A stretch of DNA of 64,000 nt, taken from Candidatus Eiseniibacteriota bacterium (GTDB taxonomy: Bacteria > Eisenbacteria > RBG-16-71-46). Position numbers and translations under genes: made by a program. The stretch covers positions 8,115 through 72,114 of the forward strand of contig JANMQY010000092.1 of assembly GCA_031370785.1 (NCBI GenBank), read 5' to 3'. The notes under the pieces are model-generated. The model was not told the DNA's origin, did no database searches, and saw nothing but the letters and a program-made list of their open reading frames with translations. Of the stretch, positions 50,536 through 60,022 are shown in pieces (the stretch's first letter is position 1; every line of letters starts with the position of its first letter).

Positions 50536-50564
50536 TAGACGCTTGGGGGTCCACCAAAGTTGCA
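50536..50564 (-). promoter_or_regulatory. ECF-sigma-type promoter
   Basis: TGCAAC-N17-CGTCTA followed by TATAT. Confidence 0.55.
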
Positions 50565-50714
50565 AGGCTGTGGTCAAGAGTCGAGATCACGGGTTCACGA
50601 CCGGCCCGCACACGACGAACGCGGGAAGATGCTGCCTCGGACGCGGCTCCGAGCACAAAAGCCAGACGGCACCCGCGTGATGCGGACGCCGTCGGTGCAC
50701 TCTGAAACCGGCCT

Positions 50715-52790
50715 TCAGGCCCCGGCGGGCCTTGGCGAGGGGAAGGGTTCGATCGGCGCTGCGCCATCCGCACGTGACGTGGGCGGCGTCTCGGAGGCGT
50801 GCGCGGCCTCGCTGTGATCGTCCTCGGAGGTCCTCACTGGCGCGAGTGTCTCGCCCTTGAGCAGGCGGTTCATCTCGTCGCCGTCCAGCACCTCGCGCTC
50901 GAGCAGCGACCCGGCGATCAGGTGCAGCTTGTCGAGGTTGCTGCGCAGCAGTTCGAGCGCGCGATTGTAGGCGGACTCGATGATGGTCCGGACCTCTTCG
51001 TCGATCGCGACCGCGGTCTGCTCGCTGTAATTCTTCGAGCTCGAAATCTCCTTGCCGAGGAAGACCATCTCCTCCTTCTTGCCGAAGGTGAGAGGTCCGA
51101 GCCGGTCGCTCATGCCGAGCTCGCACACCATCCGCCGCGCCAGCTCGGTGGTGCGCTCGATGTCGTTCGAAGCCCCGGTGGTCAGATGATTGAAGACCAG
51201 GAACTCCGCGGCACGGCCGCCCATCATTACCGCGAGCGTACGCATCAGATCCTCGCGTGAGCGCGAGTAGCGCTCCTCGGCGGGGAAGTACGAGGTCACC
51301 CCGAGGGCGCGTCCGCGCGGGATGATCGTGATCTTGTCGACCGGATCCGAGCCGGGCAGCAGCCACGCCATGAGTCCGTGTCCGGCCTCGTGATATGCCG
51401 TGCTCCTGCGCTCGGACTCGGTCATCACCAGGCTCTTGCGCTCCATTCCGAGCTGAACCTTGTCCTTGGCGTCCTCGAAATCCCGCAGCGAGACCTTCTT
51501 GTGATTGCGCCGGGCCGCGAGCAGCGCGGCCTCGTTCACCAGGTTGGCGATATCCGCGCCGGCCATGCCCGGCGTGGAACGGGCGATCTGCTGCAGGTCC
51601 ACATCGTCCGCCAGCGGAATGCGCCGGGTGTGCACCTTGAGAATGCCCTCGCGACCGCGAAGGTCCGGCCAGTCCACCACGATCTGCCGGTCGAAGCGCC
51701 CCGGGCGGGTGAGCGCCGGATCGAGCACGTCGGGCCGGTTGGTCGCCGCGATCATGATGACGCCTTCGTTCGAGTCGAATCCGTCCATCTCGACCAGCAG
51801 CTGATTGAGCGTCTGCTCGCGCTCGTCATGCCCACCGCCGAGCCCGGCACCACGATGCCGTCCGACCGCATCGATCTCGTCGACGAACAGGATGCACGGC
51901 GCATTGCGCTTGCCCTGCTCGAACAGATCGCGCACCCGGCTGGCTCCCACGCCGACAAACATCTCGACGAAGTCCGAGCCGCTCATCGAGAAGAACGGCA
52001 CGCCGGCTTCACCGGCGACCGCCTTGGCGAGCAGGGTCTTGCCTGAGCCGGGAGGGCCGAGCAGCAGCGCACCCTTGGGAATGCGTCCGCCGAGGCGCTG
52101 AAACTTCTGCGGCTCCTTCAGGAATTCGATGATCTCCTGCAGCTCCTGCTTGGCCTCGTCGCAGCCGGCGACGTCCTTGAACGTCACCTTGGGCGAGGTC
52201 TCGAGCAGCACCTTCGCCTTGGTCTTGCCGAACTTGAGCGCCGCGCTGCCGCCGGACTGCATCTGGCGCATGATGAACATCCACGCCGCGAACAACAGCA
52301 CCGCCGGGCCCCAGCCGAGCAGAAGCGAAAGCCAGTTCATGCCGGCGTTGCGCACTTCGACTTCGATTCCGGGATTGGTCTTCCACACCCGGTCGGGAAG
52401 GTCGGCGCCGTCGCCAACGATGTTCGCGCGGAACGATTTGTAGGGGATGTCGTGCCCGTTCACCCGGAGCGAGGACTCGTTCTTCAGATCGCCGGTGACG
52501 CTGCGTTCGATGATCTGAAGATTCGCGATGTTACCCTTCTCCACTTCCTGGATGAAACGGGTGTACGAGATTTCGAGGCGCTGAGGCGCCATGAAACTAC
52601 CCTGATAGATCCGGACAGTGATGATCGCGAGCAGGATCACGAACGCCCAGAACGCCAGGGTGCGGAAAGGACGGCCGGGAGGCGCCGAGCCCGATCCGCG
52701 CCGCGAGCCACCGCGCGATGGTCCGCGGTGAACGTCACGATCACGGTCGTTGTCGGACCCAGAACCCGAGTCACGTCTCAGATAGTCCAC
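50715..52790 (-). CDS. ftsH: ATP-dependent zinc metalloprotease FtsH
   Basis: Two TM helices, [31 protein letters not shown] start with GAGGAGG RBS. Confidence 0.97.
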   Translation of the reverse strand: MDYLRRDSGSGSDNDRDRDVHRGPSRGGSRRGSGSAPPGRPFRTLAFWAFVILLAIITVRIYQGSFMAPQRLEISYTRFIQEVEKGNIANLQIIERSVTGDLKNESSLRVNGHDIPYKSFRANIVGDGADLPDRVWKTNPGIEVEVRNAGMNWLSLLLGWGPAVLLFAAWMFIMRQMQSGGSAALKFGKTKAKVLLETSPKVTFKDVAGCDEAKQELQEIIEFLKEPQKFQRLGGRIPKGALLLGPPGSGKTLLAKAVAGEAGVPFFSMSGSDFVEMFVGVGASRVRDLFEQGKRNAPCILFVDEIDAVGRHRGAGLGGGHDEREQTLNQLLVEMDGFDSNEGVIMIAATNRPDVLDPALTRPGRFDRQIVVDWPDLRGREGILKVHTRRIPLADDVDLQQIARSTPGMAGADIANLVNEAALLAARRNHKKVSLRDFEDAKDKVQLGMERKSLVMTESERRSTAYHEAGHGLMAWLLPGSDPVDKITIIPRGRALGVTSYFPAEERYSRSREDLMRTLAVMMGGRAAEFLVFNHLTTGASNDIERTTELARRMVCELGMSDRLGPLTFGKKEEMVFLGKEISSSKNYSEQTAVAIDEEVRTIIESAYNRALELLRSNLDKLHLIAGSLLEREVLDGDEMNRLLKGETLAPVRTSEDDHSEAAHASETPPTSRADGAAPIEPFPSPRPAGA

Positions 52791-52794
52791 TTGG

Positions 52795-53346
52795 TCAAGC
52801 CTCCTCAACCACGCCCACGTAGGGCAGATTGCGATATCGCTCGGCGGCATCCATCCCGTACCCGATCACGAATTCTGAGCCGATCTTCCAGCCCGCGTAG
52901 TCCACCGGGACCTGGAGCTTGCGGCAGGGTACTTTGTCGAGCAGGGTCGCCACTTTGATGCTGGCCGGCCCACGAGATTGCAGAAGATTCAGGATAAACG
53001 AAACGCTAAGCCCTGAATCCACAACACCCTCACACAGGACCACGTCGCGTCCGGCGATGTCGGTCCGCAAGTCCATGATCAGCCTCACCGTACCGCTCGA
53101 GATGGTGCCCTGTCCGTAGGACGCCACCGCGAGAAAATCCATCTCAAGATCCAGCGGGGTGGCGCGGGCCAGGTCGCACTGGAACATGCACGCACCTTTG
53201 AGCACCCCCACGAACAGCGGCTTCTTTCCGGCATAGTCGCGGGCGATCTCGAGGCCCATCTCGCGCACGCGCGCGGCGATGCGCTCGGCGCTGTACATCA
53301 CGCGAATCGCCGGCTCGGTCTGGATGGCGGGGGGATGTTCGGTCAT
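52795..53346 (-). CDS. hpt: Hypoxanthine phosphoribosyltransferase
   Basis: GVLKGA, SY, VVDSGLS, LLDK, FVIGYGMD, YRNLPY. Confidence 0.93.
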   Translation of the reverse strand: MTEHPPAIQTEPAIRVMYSAERIAARVREMGLEIARDYAGKKPLFVGVLKGACMFQCDLARATPLDLEMDFLAVASYGQGTISSGTVRLIMDLRTDIAGRDVVLCEGVVDSGLSVSFILNLLQSRGPASIKVATLLDKVPCRKLQVPVDYAGWKIGSEFVIGYGMDAAERYRNLPYVGVVEEA

Positions 53347-54560
53347 GGCGCTCCTGATGGACGCGGTCGGCTCTTCGCTTGGCGGCCCTGACAGGTGCGT
53401 GACAGCCCGAGGAGACTACCACCTTCGCGCTCCGGGCGCCTGAGCCGGTTCGCTTCCCGCGAGGAATTCCCGCCCGGGAACGCGGCTCGCTCCACGCGGG
53501 GCGATGCCACGCCGCGGGTTGCGGCGAATCGGAGCTCTCCGGCGTGGCGCTCGGCGCGCCAGCCATCGGGCAGCCCGACGCTCGCGCCCAGCGCCGGGCG
53601 CGCGACCAGCGCGAGCAGCGCCTCGAGATGGCGATGCGTGAGCCCGCCTGGCGAGGGGCCGAGCCGTGCCCACGCTTCGCGCAGCACCAGACGCTGGATC
53701 GCGCGCGGCATGGCTGCCAGCGCCGCGGCATCCAGCGCGAGCGGAACGCGTGCGCCGCTCGTCGCCTGCACGGTGCGCATTGCGCGCCTTCCGACCCGCC
53801 GCGCCACGAACTCGAGCGCGGCCCGCGCCTCGCGCAGCTCGCGCGTCGCACGCGCCGCATGCGCGGCCAGCATCGCGCGAGGAATGCCGCCCGCGTCGAC
53901 CAGCGCCGGCACCACGCGGTCGCGGATCCTGCTGCGAAGGTAGTGCGGGTCGTGATTCGAACGATCCTCGCGCCACGCGATTCCGATAGCGACAAGGTCG
54001 GCTTCGATGTCCGCGCGGGTCGCCGCGAGCAGCGGCTTGATCCAGGCGACGGCGTCGACTGTGCCTCGCCGCCCCGCACTGCGCTCGCGCATGGCGCCAA
54101 GGCCGGTCAATCCCACGCCTCGCATCAGGCGCATGAGAAGGGTCTCGAGCTGGTCGTCGGCGGTGTGCGCGGTTGCGATCGCCGCCGCGCCGGTGCGGCG
54201 CGCGGCCGCAACCAGGAATTCGCGGCGCAGCGTGCGCAGTCCGGCGTGGCCGGAGAGGGAACGGCGCCTCATACGCAGGCGGGTGTTCCAGCGCGCCGCG
54301 ATCAGCGGCACGCCCAGCGAGGCGCAGCGCCGTTCGACGGCCGCGAGATCGGCGTCGGCCTCGGCGCCCCGCAGGCCGTGGTGCAGGTGCGCGGCGTGCA
54401 GCGTCAGGCCGAATTCATGGCGCACCCGATCGAGCGCGACCAGCAGAGCGGTCGAGTCGGCGCCGCCACTCACTGCCACCAGCACCACCCCGCCCTTGGC
54501 CACGGGGCACGGGCCGCGGAGCGCGCGGCGCACGAGCGGTTCGATCCGGCGTAGGCGCAT
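53343..54560 (-). CDS. tilS: tRNA(Ile)-lysidine synthase
   Basis: AVSGGADS, HHGLRG, TAHTADDQLET, DRSN, RSRIR; located upstream of hpt-ftsH. Confidence 0.93.
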   Translation of the reverse strand: MRLRRIEPLVRRALRGPCPVAKGGVVLVAVSGGADSTALLVALDRVRHEFGLTLHAAHLHHGLRGAEADADLAAVERRCASLGVPLIAARWNTRLRMRRRSLSGHAGLRTLRREFLVAAARRTGAAAIATAHTADDQLETLLMRLMRGVGLTGLGAMRERSAGRRGTVDAVAWIKPLLAATRADIEADLVAIGIAWREDRSNHDPHYLRSRIRDRVVPALVDAGGIPRAMLAAHAARATRELREARAALEFVARRVGRRAMRTVQATSGARVPLALDAAALAAMPRAIQRLVLREAWARLGPSPGGLTHRHLEALLALVARPALGASVGLPDGWRAERHAGELRFAATRGVASPRVERAAFPGGNSSREANRLRRPEREGGSLLGLSRTCQGRQAKSRPRPSGAP

Positions 54561-54578
54561 GGGGTGACTAAGGGTGGA

Positions 54579-54654
54579 TGGTGGCGGCGCAGGGACTCGA
54601 ACCCCGGACACAGAGATTATGATTCTCCTGCTCTACCAGCTGAGCTACGCCGCC
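54579..54654 (-). tRNA. tRNA with CAT anticodon, most like elongator tRNA-Met
   Basis: GGCGGCG-TA-GCTC..GAGC-A-GGAGA-ATCATAA-TCTCT-GTGTC-CGGGG-TTCGAGT-CCCTG-CGCCGCC-A-CCA, 76 nt, encoded CCA. Confidence 0.95.
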
Positions 54655-54692
54655 TGATGCGTGTGCCGTCCAGAGAGGACGGCGGGCCAGAA

Positions 54693-54721
54693 AAGTTAGG
54701 GTCGCTGCGCTCTCCTGTCAA
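54693..54721 (-). promoter_or_regulatory. Strong sigma-70 promoter for the tRNA-tilS-hpt-ftsH operon
   Basis: TTGACA-N17-TAACTT. Confidence 0.75.
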
Positions 54722-54773
54722 GCAAGGGCGGCGCGCTTCGCGCTTGCGACGCGCGCAGCGCGCGAGCGCGTGA

Positions 54774-56963
54774 CTAGCGGCCCCGCGCGAGCAAGCGCCT
54801 GGTGATCTGGACCACATCGGCGAGCGAAGCGTCGGTGCGTAACGCTCCCTCGGGAATCCTCGCGAGCGCCTCTCGAGCGCCGTTCGCCTCTCCCGACAGC
54901 GCATCGATCAAAGCCTGGTGGCCGAGGACGGTGGGCTCAGGCAGACCCGCGCGGCGTGCACGCGCCAGCGTCGCGCGGGCGGCTTTCAGATTCTGGCGCT
55001 GGATCTGCGTGCGGATCAGCGCCGCCCATGCGGCGTGAAGGCTGGGATCGGCTTGGACCGCGAGCGCGAACAGGCTCTCGGCGGCGGCGATCTGGCCGGT
55101 GCGCGCGCTCTGCCACGCCCGGGCTTCGAGGGAACGGCCTTCGCCGCCGACCAGCGAGGAAAGTCTCGCTTCGAGCGCGGCGGCGGCCTCGGTCCTGCCC
55201 CGCGCGCGGTAGGCCGAGACCAGCGCCTGCACCGCGGCCGCGTTATCGGGCGCGATCTCGACCGCACGCTCGTACCACGGCAGCGCCTCCTCGTCGCGAC
55301 CGGTGTCGTGAAGCGCGGTGGCGTAGTTCGAATAGAAGCTCGCGCGCTCCATTGCGGTCATCGGATCGTTTCCGAACCGGACCGCTTTGCGCTCCTCGAG
55401 CCTGACGGCGGTCTCGAATTCGCGAACCGCGAGATCGGGCCGTCCGCTCCGAAGCCAGCGCTTGCCGAGGTCCCACGCGACGCCCCATTCGTACTTGGCG
55501 CGCGACAGCTGCGGCGCCGGCAGATTCACGACCAATCCACCTGCGATCAGCGCGGCCGCCAGAGCGAGCGCGAGACGGCGGTCGCGCGTGGCCAGGGCCG
55601 TGACGCCCTGCGCGATCGCGATGCCGGCCAGCAGGAAGGCCGCCGGCATGAGCTGGTGCCGATAGCGATCGGTCACGAAGAACGGCAGCGTGCCGAGGGA
55701 AAGCACGATGACGCTGCCCAGCGCGAACCGGCCCGCGGCGCCGAAGCGTGGCGCGTACCACGCGCCGGCGATCGCGAGCGCGCCGATCAGGAGGAACTCG
55801 CCCGCGATCGGGATGCCGAGCGGCCCGCTCAGAGTCCGGAACTCGTCCGCGTTCTCGATCTGCGGATACTCGCGGCGATTCCACAGCATCCCGAGCTTGC
55901 GCGCGAGGAGCCCCGTGGTGCGGCCCGGGTGGGCCGCGGCGTACTGGCGCGCCCCGCTCGCCCAGTAGTCGGAGCTCGCGGAGGCGCCGAGCGCCTTTCC
56001 CTTGACTCGTCTCAGGTACTCGCGCCCGTCGAGCTCGGTCGCGCCATCCGCGCTGCCGACTCGCGCCGCGCGGCCCGAAGTGCCTGTGATCCAGACGAAC
56101 GTTCCGTCGGCGTCCGGGTTGTTTCCGACCGCGAGGTTGTAGCCGAGGCTGTAGGTGAACGGAATCCACTCGCGAGCGGTCGCGTAGTTGCGGATCGCGA
56201 ACGGCGCCACCACCAGCGCAAACCCCGCCGCGAGGGTCGCGGCGCGCCGGAGCTTTTCCGAAGGGGCGTGCGTTCCGCGAAGGACGAGGAACGCCGCGGG
56301 CACGAGCAGGAGGCCCGCGGTCGCCCGCCCCTCGGCCAGCAGCCCGATGAGCGCGCCGGTTAGGGCGAATGCAGGCGCGCGCGCCTCTTCCCAGCGGACG
56401 CGAGCGACCTGCCACAGCAGCGCGCACTCGAGCGCGAACAGCAGCGATTCGGCGAGAATCAGTCCGTCGAAGAACACCGCCATCTGATAGAAGGCCGCGA
56501 GACAACCCACGGCAAGCCCAATGCCGGGCGAGGTGATCCGGCGCGTGGCATCGGCGAGAAGCGTTGCCGCGAGCGAACCCCACGCCGCCTGGACCAGCAG
56601 CACACGCCCGATACTGTCGGCGACCACAGAGCGCATGAGCGCCAGCGCGTAGGGGTAGAGCGCTCCCAGAAAAGACGGGTTGGTTCCGATCAGGCTGTGG
56701 ATCCGGATCGCGTCCGCCCACACCCAGTAGGCGCGCGCGTCATCGATGAGATCGCCCGCGAGCGGGGTGCGCGCGACCCGCTGCAGGTAGAGCGCCCGCC
56801 ATACGAACGCGCCCAGGAACAGCGCGAGCATGGCGAACCGCCACCATGCGGGGCTCGCCGGCGCAAACGCGACGGGGGAGCGCCGAAGCACTCCCCCGTC
56901 CGCATTTCCCACGCCGCTCCGGGATCGGTCGACCCGCTGCTGCGGCCTGCGACGCCCCATCAC
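54774..56963 (-). CDS. GT39/GT-C membrane glycosyltransferase with C-terminal TPRs
   Basis: DDARAYWVWA, LYPY, AESL, GNNP, DRYR; TPR helices at the C-terminus. Confidence 0.8.
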   Translation of the reverse strand: MMGRRRPQQRVDRSRSGVGNADGGVLRRSPVAFAPASPAWWRFAMLALFLGAFVWRALYLQRVARTPLAGDLIDDARAYWVWADAIRIHSLIGTNPSFLGALYPYALALMRSVVADSIGRVLLVQAAWGSLAATLLADATRRITSPGIGLAVGCLAAFYQMAVFFDGLILAESLLFALECALLWQVARVRWEEARAPAFALTGALIGLLAEGRATAGLLLVPAAFLVLRGTHAPSEKLRRAATLAAGFALVVAPFAIRNYATAREWIPFTYSLGYNLAVGNNPDADGTFVWITGTSGRAARVGSADGATELDGREYLRRVKGKALGASASSDYWASGARQYAAAHPGRTTGLLARKLGMLWNRREYPQIENADEFRTLSGPLGIPIAGEFLLIGALAIAGAWYAPRFGAAGRFALGSVIVLSLGTLPFFVTDRYRHQLMPAAFLLAGIAIAQGVTALATRDRRLALALAAALIAGGLVVNLPAPQLSRAKYEWGVAWDLGKRWLRSGRPDLAVREFETAVRLEERKAVRFGNDPMTAMERASFYSNYATALHDTGRDEEALPWYERAVEIAPDNAAAVQALVSAYRARGRTEAAAALEARLSSLVGGEGRSLEARAWQSARTGQIAAAESLFALAVQADPSLHAAWAALIRTQIQRQNLKAARATLARARRAGLPEPTVLGHQALIDALSGEANGAREALARIPEGALRTDASLADVVQITRRLLARGR

Positions 56964-56995
56964 CGCACTCCCTGGTCCCGCACGGTCGCCAGGGG

Positions 56996-57493
56996 TCAGT
57001 TCCTGGGAATGCCCGTGTCCATCCAGATCTTCCAGGCTCCGTTGGACTGGCGGCGCCAGATCACTGCGTAGCGGCCGTTCTCGCGCCGCGGCTTTCCGGT
57101 GGAGTCAGGCCTGTAGACGTAGGAATAGTTTCCCACCTCGGTTGCGTAGTCGCCGTTGAGTGCCAGGTCCACGGTCTTCACGCTGGCTTGCGTGGGGTGT
57201 TCGTCGCGCATCACTTCTCTCCAGAACGTCAGCAGCGAGTCGCGGCCCTTGAGCACCTTGCCGCGGCGGCTGAACAGCTCCATTCCGTCGTCGGTGAACA
57301 GATCGACGATCGCCTTCGCGTCGCCCTTCACCTGCGCTCTGGACCACTTCTGGTTGTTGATCTCGATGGCGGCGCGGACCTTCGCTTTGGTGGGGGCGGT
57401 CCCGGCCGGGGGCGGAGTCTTGGCCTGTGCGATGGCGGTCGCCGCGATCGCGGCGACGATCAGGACCAGCAACAGCGGTCTCGAACGGTTCAT
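56996..57493 (-). CDS. Exported NTF2-like (DUF4440/YybH) protein
   Basis: Signal peptide; GDAKAIVDLFTDD, GRYAVIWRRQSNGAWKI. Confidence 0.88.
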   Translation of the reverse strand: MNRSRPLLLVLIVAAIAATAIAQAKTPPPAGTAPTKAKVRAAIEINNQKWSRAQVKGDAKAIVDLFTDDGMELFSRRGKVLKGRDSLLTFWREVMRDEHPTQASVKTVDLALNGDYATEVGNYSYVYRPDSTGKPRRENGRYAVIWRRQSNGAWKIWMDTGIPRN

Positions 57494-57602
57494 GGGTTCA
57501 TCCTCTCTTGGGAAGTGCGGCTCCCGGTCGTGGATGGCGCGATACGCGCCGTCATGCGCGTCACGAATTGCTTCGGAAGTGTGACCGGCGCGGTTCGGGG
57601 GC

Positions 57603-58433
57603 TCACCCCGCGGCCTTCTCGGCGTCGTCGCCGTTCGCGGGCTCATCCGGTGCGGCGTCGGCGGGTCCCGGCTCGTCCTCTTCGCGGATGCGGAAGATGC
57701 GCGACAGCTCGGATCTCAGCGCGCCTTCGTCGAGGCGCTGCTTGAGCGCGCCGCGATAGGCCACCGAGATCGCACCGCTCTGCTCGCTCACTACGATCAC
57801 CGCCGCATCGCTCTCCTCGGAGAGTCCGAGCGCCGCGCGATGGCGTGTCCCGAGCGTCGCGGAAAGCCGCGGATTGCTCGACAGTGGCAGGATGCAGGCC
57901 GCGGCCAGGATCGACTCCTCGCGCACGAACACCGCGCCATCGTGCAGGGGCGAACCCGGGCTGAACAGCGTCACCAGCAGCTCCGCGGAAACCTTGGCGT
58001 CGATGCGTGTCCCGGTCTCGATGAAGTTGCGAAGGCCGACGTTTCGCTCGATCACGATCAATGCGCCGTGCCGCCGCTCGGCCAGCGTCTCGACGCCACG
58101 CACCACCTCGCCCAGCACGCCGAAGTGATCGCTGCGCAGGAACGAGCGGAAGTAGCGGGTGCGCCCGAACTGGGCGAGGGCGTGACGCAGCTCCGGCTGG
58201 AACAGGATCACGAACGCGATCAGCCAGACGGTCTTCAAGCTCTCGCTGATCCACTTGACCGCGATCAGATCGAACTGACGGGCGAGGAAGCCGATCGCGA
58301 CGATGATCATCAGCCCGACGTACATCTGCGCCGAGCGCGTCCCCTTGACAAGGATCAGCAGGCGGTAGAACAGCACCGCGACGAGGAAGATATCGAGTAG
58401 GTCGAGGACCCAGAGCGGATGGACGGGCGTCAT
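57603..58433 (-). CDS. cdaA: Diadenylate cyclase CdaA
   Basis: Three TM helices, FQPELR, GALIV, LHDGA, GTRHRAA, VSE. Confidence 0.95.
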   Translation of the reverse strand: MTPVHPLWVLDLLDIFLVAVLFYRLLILVKGTRSAQMYVGLMIIVAIGFLARQFDLIAVKWISESLKTVWLIAFVILFQPELRHALAQFGRTRYFRSFLRSDHFGVLGEVVRGVETLAERRHGALIVIERNVGLRNFIETGTRIDAKVSAELLVTLFSPGSPLHDGAVFVREESILAAACILPLSSNPRLSATLGTRHRAALGLSEESDAAVIVVSEQSGAISVAYRGALKQRLDEGALRSELSRIFRIREEDEPGPADAAPDEPANGDDAEKAAG

Positions 58434-58503
58434 GATGGGTTGGGCGCGGAGCGCCGCGAAAATCCTAGCAGAAGGCCGGGGCAACGCCTAAGACCGATGC
58501 GCC

Positions 58504-59352
58504 TCATGACCGGGGCTCGCGCCGTGCGCCCGCAAGGGCGAGCGCGATGCGCGCCGAGCGCGAGGTGGCGGCGACGTCGTGGGTGCGCACGATGCGCGCG
58601 CCCTGGAAGATGGCGACCGCGTGAGCCGCGAGGGCGCCCTCCAGCCTCTGATCGACCGGGAGCTCGAGCAGGTGCCCAAGGAATCCCTTGCGCGAGGCGC
58701 CGACCACCACCGGCCGGCCGAGCGAGGCGATCTCGCCCACCCTCGCGATCAGCTCGAGATTGTGGCGCACCGTCTTTCCGAACCCGATTCCGGGATCGAG
58801 CGCGACGCGCGAGCGGGCGACGCCGGCACGCTCCGCCTGCTCGAGCTTCGTGCCGAGGAAGGCCGTGACCTCGCGCGCGCAGTCCTCGTATCGAGGGGCG
58901 GATTGCATGGTCGCAGGCGTTCCCTGCATGTGCATGAGCACCACGCCCACCGTGCTCCGGGCCAGTACTCCGGCCATCCCGGGATCGCCCATCGCGGTCA
59001 CGTCGTTGATGATCTCCGCGCCCGCTTCGATGGCGAGAGAAGCGACCTTCGCGCTCGAGGTGTCCACCGACAGGCAGGCGCGTCCATCGGCCGAGAGGGC
59101 GCGCAGCACGTGCTCGAGCCTGCGCCACTGCTCGTCGGGCGAAACCGGGGATGAGCCCGGGCGGGTGCTTTCGGCGCCCAGGTCGAGAAGGTCGGCCCCT
59201 TCGTCCACCATCGTGCGCGCGTGAGCGACCGCCGCGGCGGGATCGGCGAAGCGGCCGCCGACCGAGAACGAATCGGGAGTGAGGTTGATCACGCCCATCA
59301 CCAGCGCGCGCTGCTCGAGATCGAAGCTCCGCGTGCCGCACGTCCAGCGCAT
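58504..59352 (-). CDS. folP: Dihydropteroate synthase
   Basis: MGVINLTPDSFS, GAESTRPG, IIND, DPGIGFGK, SRKG, RTHDV. Confidence 0.96.
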   Translation of the reverse strand: MRWTCGTRSFDLEQRALVMGVINLTPDSFSVGGRFADPAAAVAHARTMVDEGADLLDLGAESTRPGSSPVSPDEQWRRLEHVLRALSADGRACLSVDTSSAKVASLAIEAGAEIINDVTAMGDPGMAGVLARSTVGVVLMHMQGTPATMQSAPRYEDCAREVTAFLGTKLEQAERAGVARSRVALDPGIGFGKTVRHNLELIARVGEIASLGRPVVVGASRKGFLGHLLELPVDQRLEGALAAHAVAIFQGARIVRTHDVAATSRSARIALALAGARREPRS

Positions 59353-59366
59353 CGCGTGTGGAGTGC

Positions 59367-59840
59367 TCAGCGGAGCGCTTCGCGCAGCCTGCGGATCTGA
59401 GCCGCGTGGTTGTGGGCATGGACCGCGTAGATCTCGAGCCAGCGCTTCGCGGTGTACACGCCGCTCTCGGTGTGCCAGCCGGCGCGGTTCCAGTCCTCGT
59501 CGCCCATCGCTTCGAGCAGCTGCACGGTGCAGGCGCGTGCCGCGCGGAACGCGTCGAGGGCCGGCTTCATCTCGCGCAGGTTGTAGCGCAGCAGGATGGC
59601 GTAGGTCTCCTGATCGTAGCCCTGGATCACCGGATACTCCTCGGCGAGAAGCTTGCGCAGTCGCTGTGCCGAGGTGCTCTCGCTGTCGGCCAGGTGATGA
59701 ACGATCTCCCGAGCGCTCCACTTGCCGGGGATCGGATGCGCCACCAGCTTGTCCTCGGGAAAACCCTTCAAAGCGTCTGCCACCTCGTCGTAGCCGGCCG
59801 CATACTGCGCGATCAGCCGGTTGCGATCCTCTCTCGTCAT
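59367..59840 (-). CDS. DinB/YfiT-family protein
   Basis: GKWSAREIVHHLADSE, HAHNHAAQI. Confidence 0.9.
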   Translation of the reverse strand: MTREDRNRLIAQYAAGYDEVADALKGFPEDKLVAHPIPGKWSAREIVHHLADSESTSAQRLRKLLAEEYPVIQGYDQETYAILLRYNLREMKPALDAFRAARACTVQLLEAMGDEDWNRAGWHTESGVYTAKRWLEIYAVHAHNHAAQIRRLREALR

Positions 59841-59881
59841 GGCGAAAGGTCCTTTCTTGCCCGTTTTTGTCGCCGTTTCCG

Positions 59882-59910
59882 TTGACCGGATGGACGACGG
59901 ATGGTAGCAC
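59882..59910 (+). promoter_or_regulatory. Sigma-70-like promoter of the OmpA gene
   Basis: TTGACC-N17-TAGCAC with extended TG. Confidence 0.55.
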
Positions 59911-60022
59911 TTACCGGTCCATTCCCGATCGTCTGCAGTCAGTTGGGGCCGCCGCGCAGTTCCCCGCTGCTCGTTCCGCCCAACACCACGCTCATTCCAC
60001 GCTTCACGGAGGTCGCTTCCGC

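Noticed and set aside
50347..50714. tmRNA, 6S, RNase P or SRP RNA
   Set aside because: No tRNA-like ends or tag ORF, no long rod with central bubble, and no recognisable conserved motifs
54579..54654. tRNA as an integration site for an island or prophage
   Set aside because: No integrase, no duplicated tRNA 3' end, and the flanks are housekeeping genes
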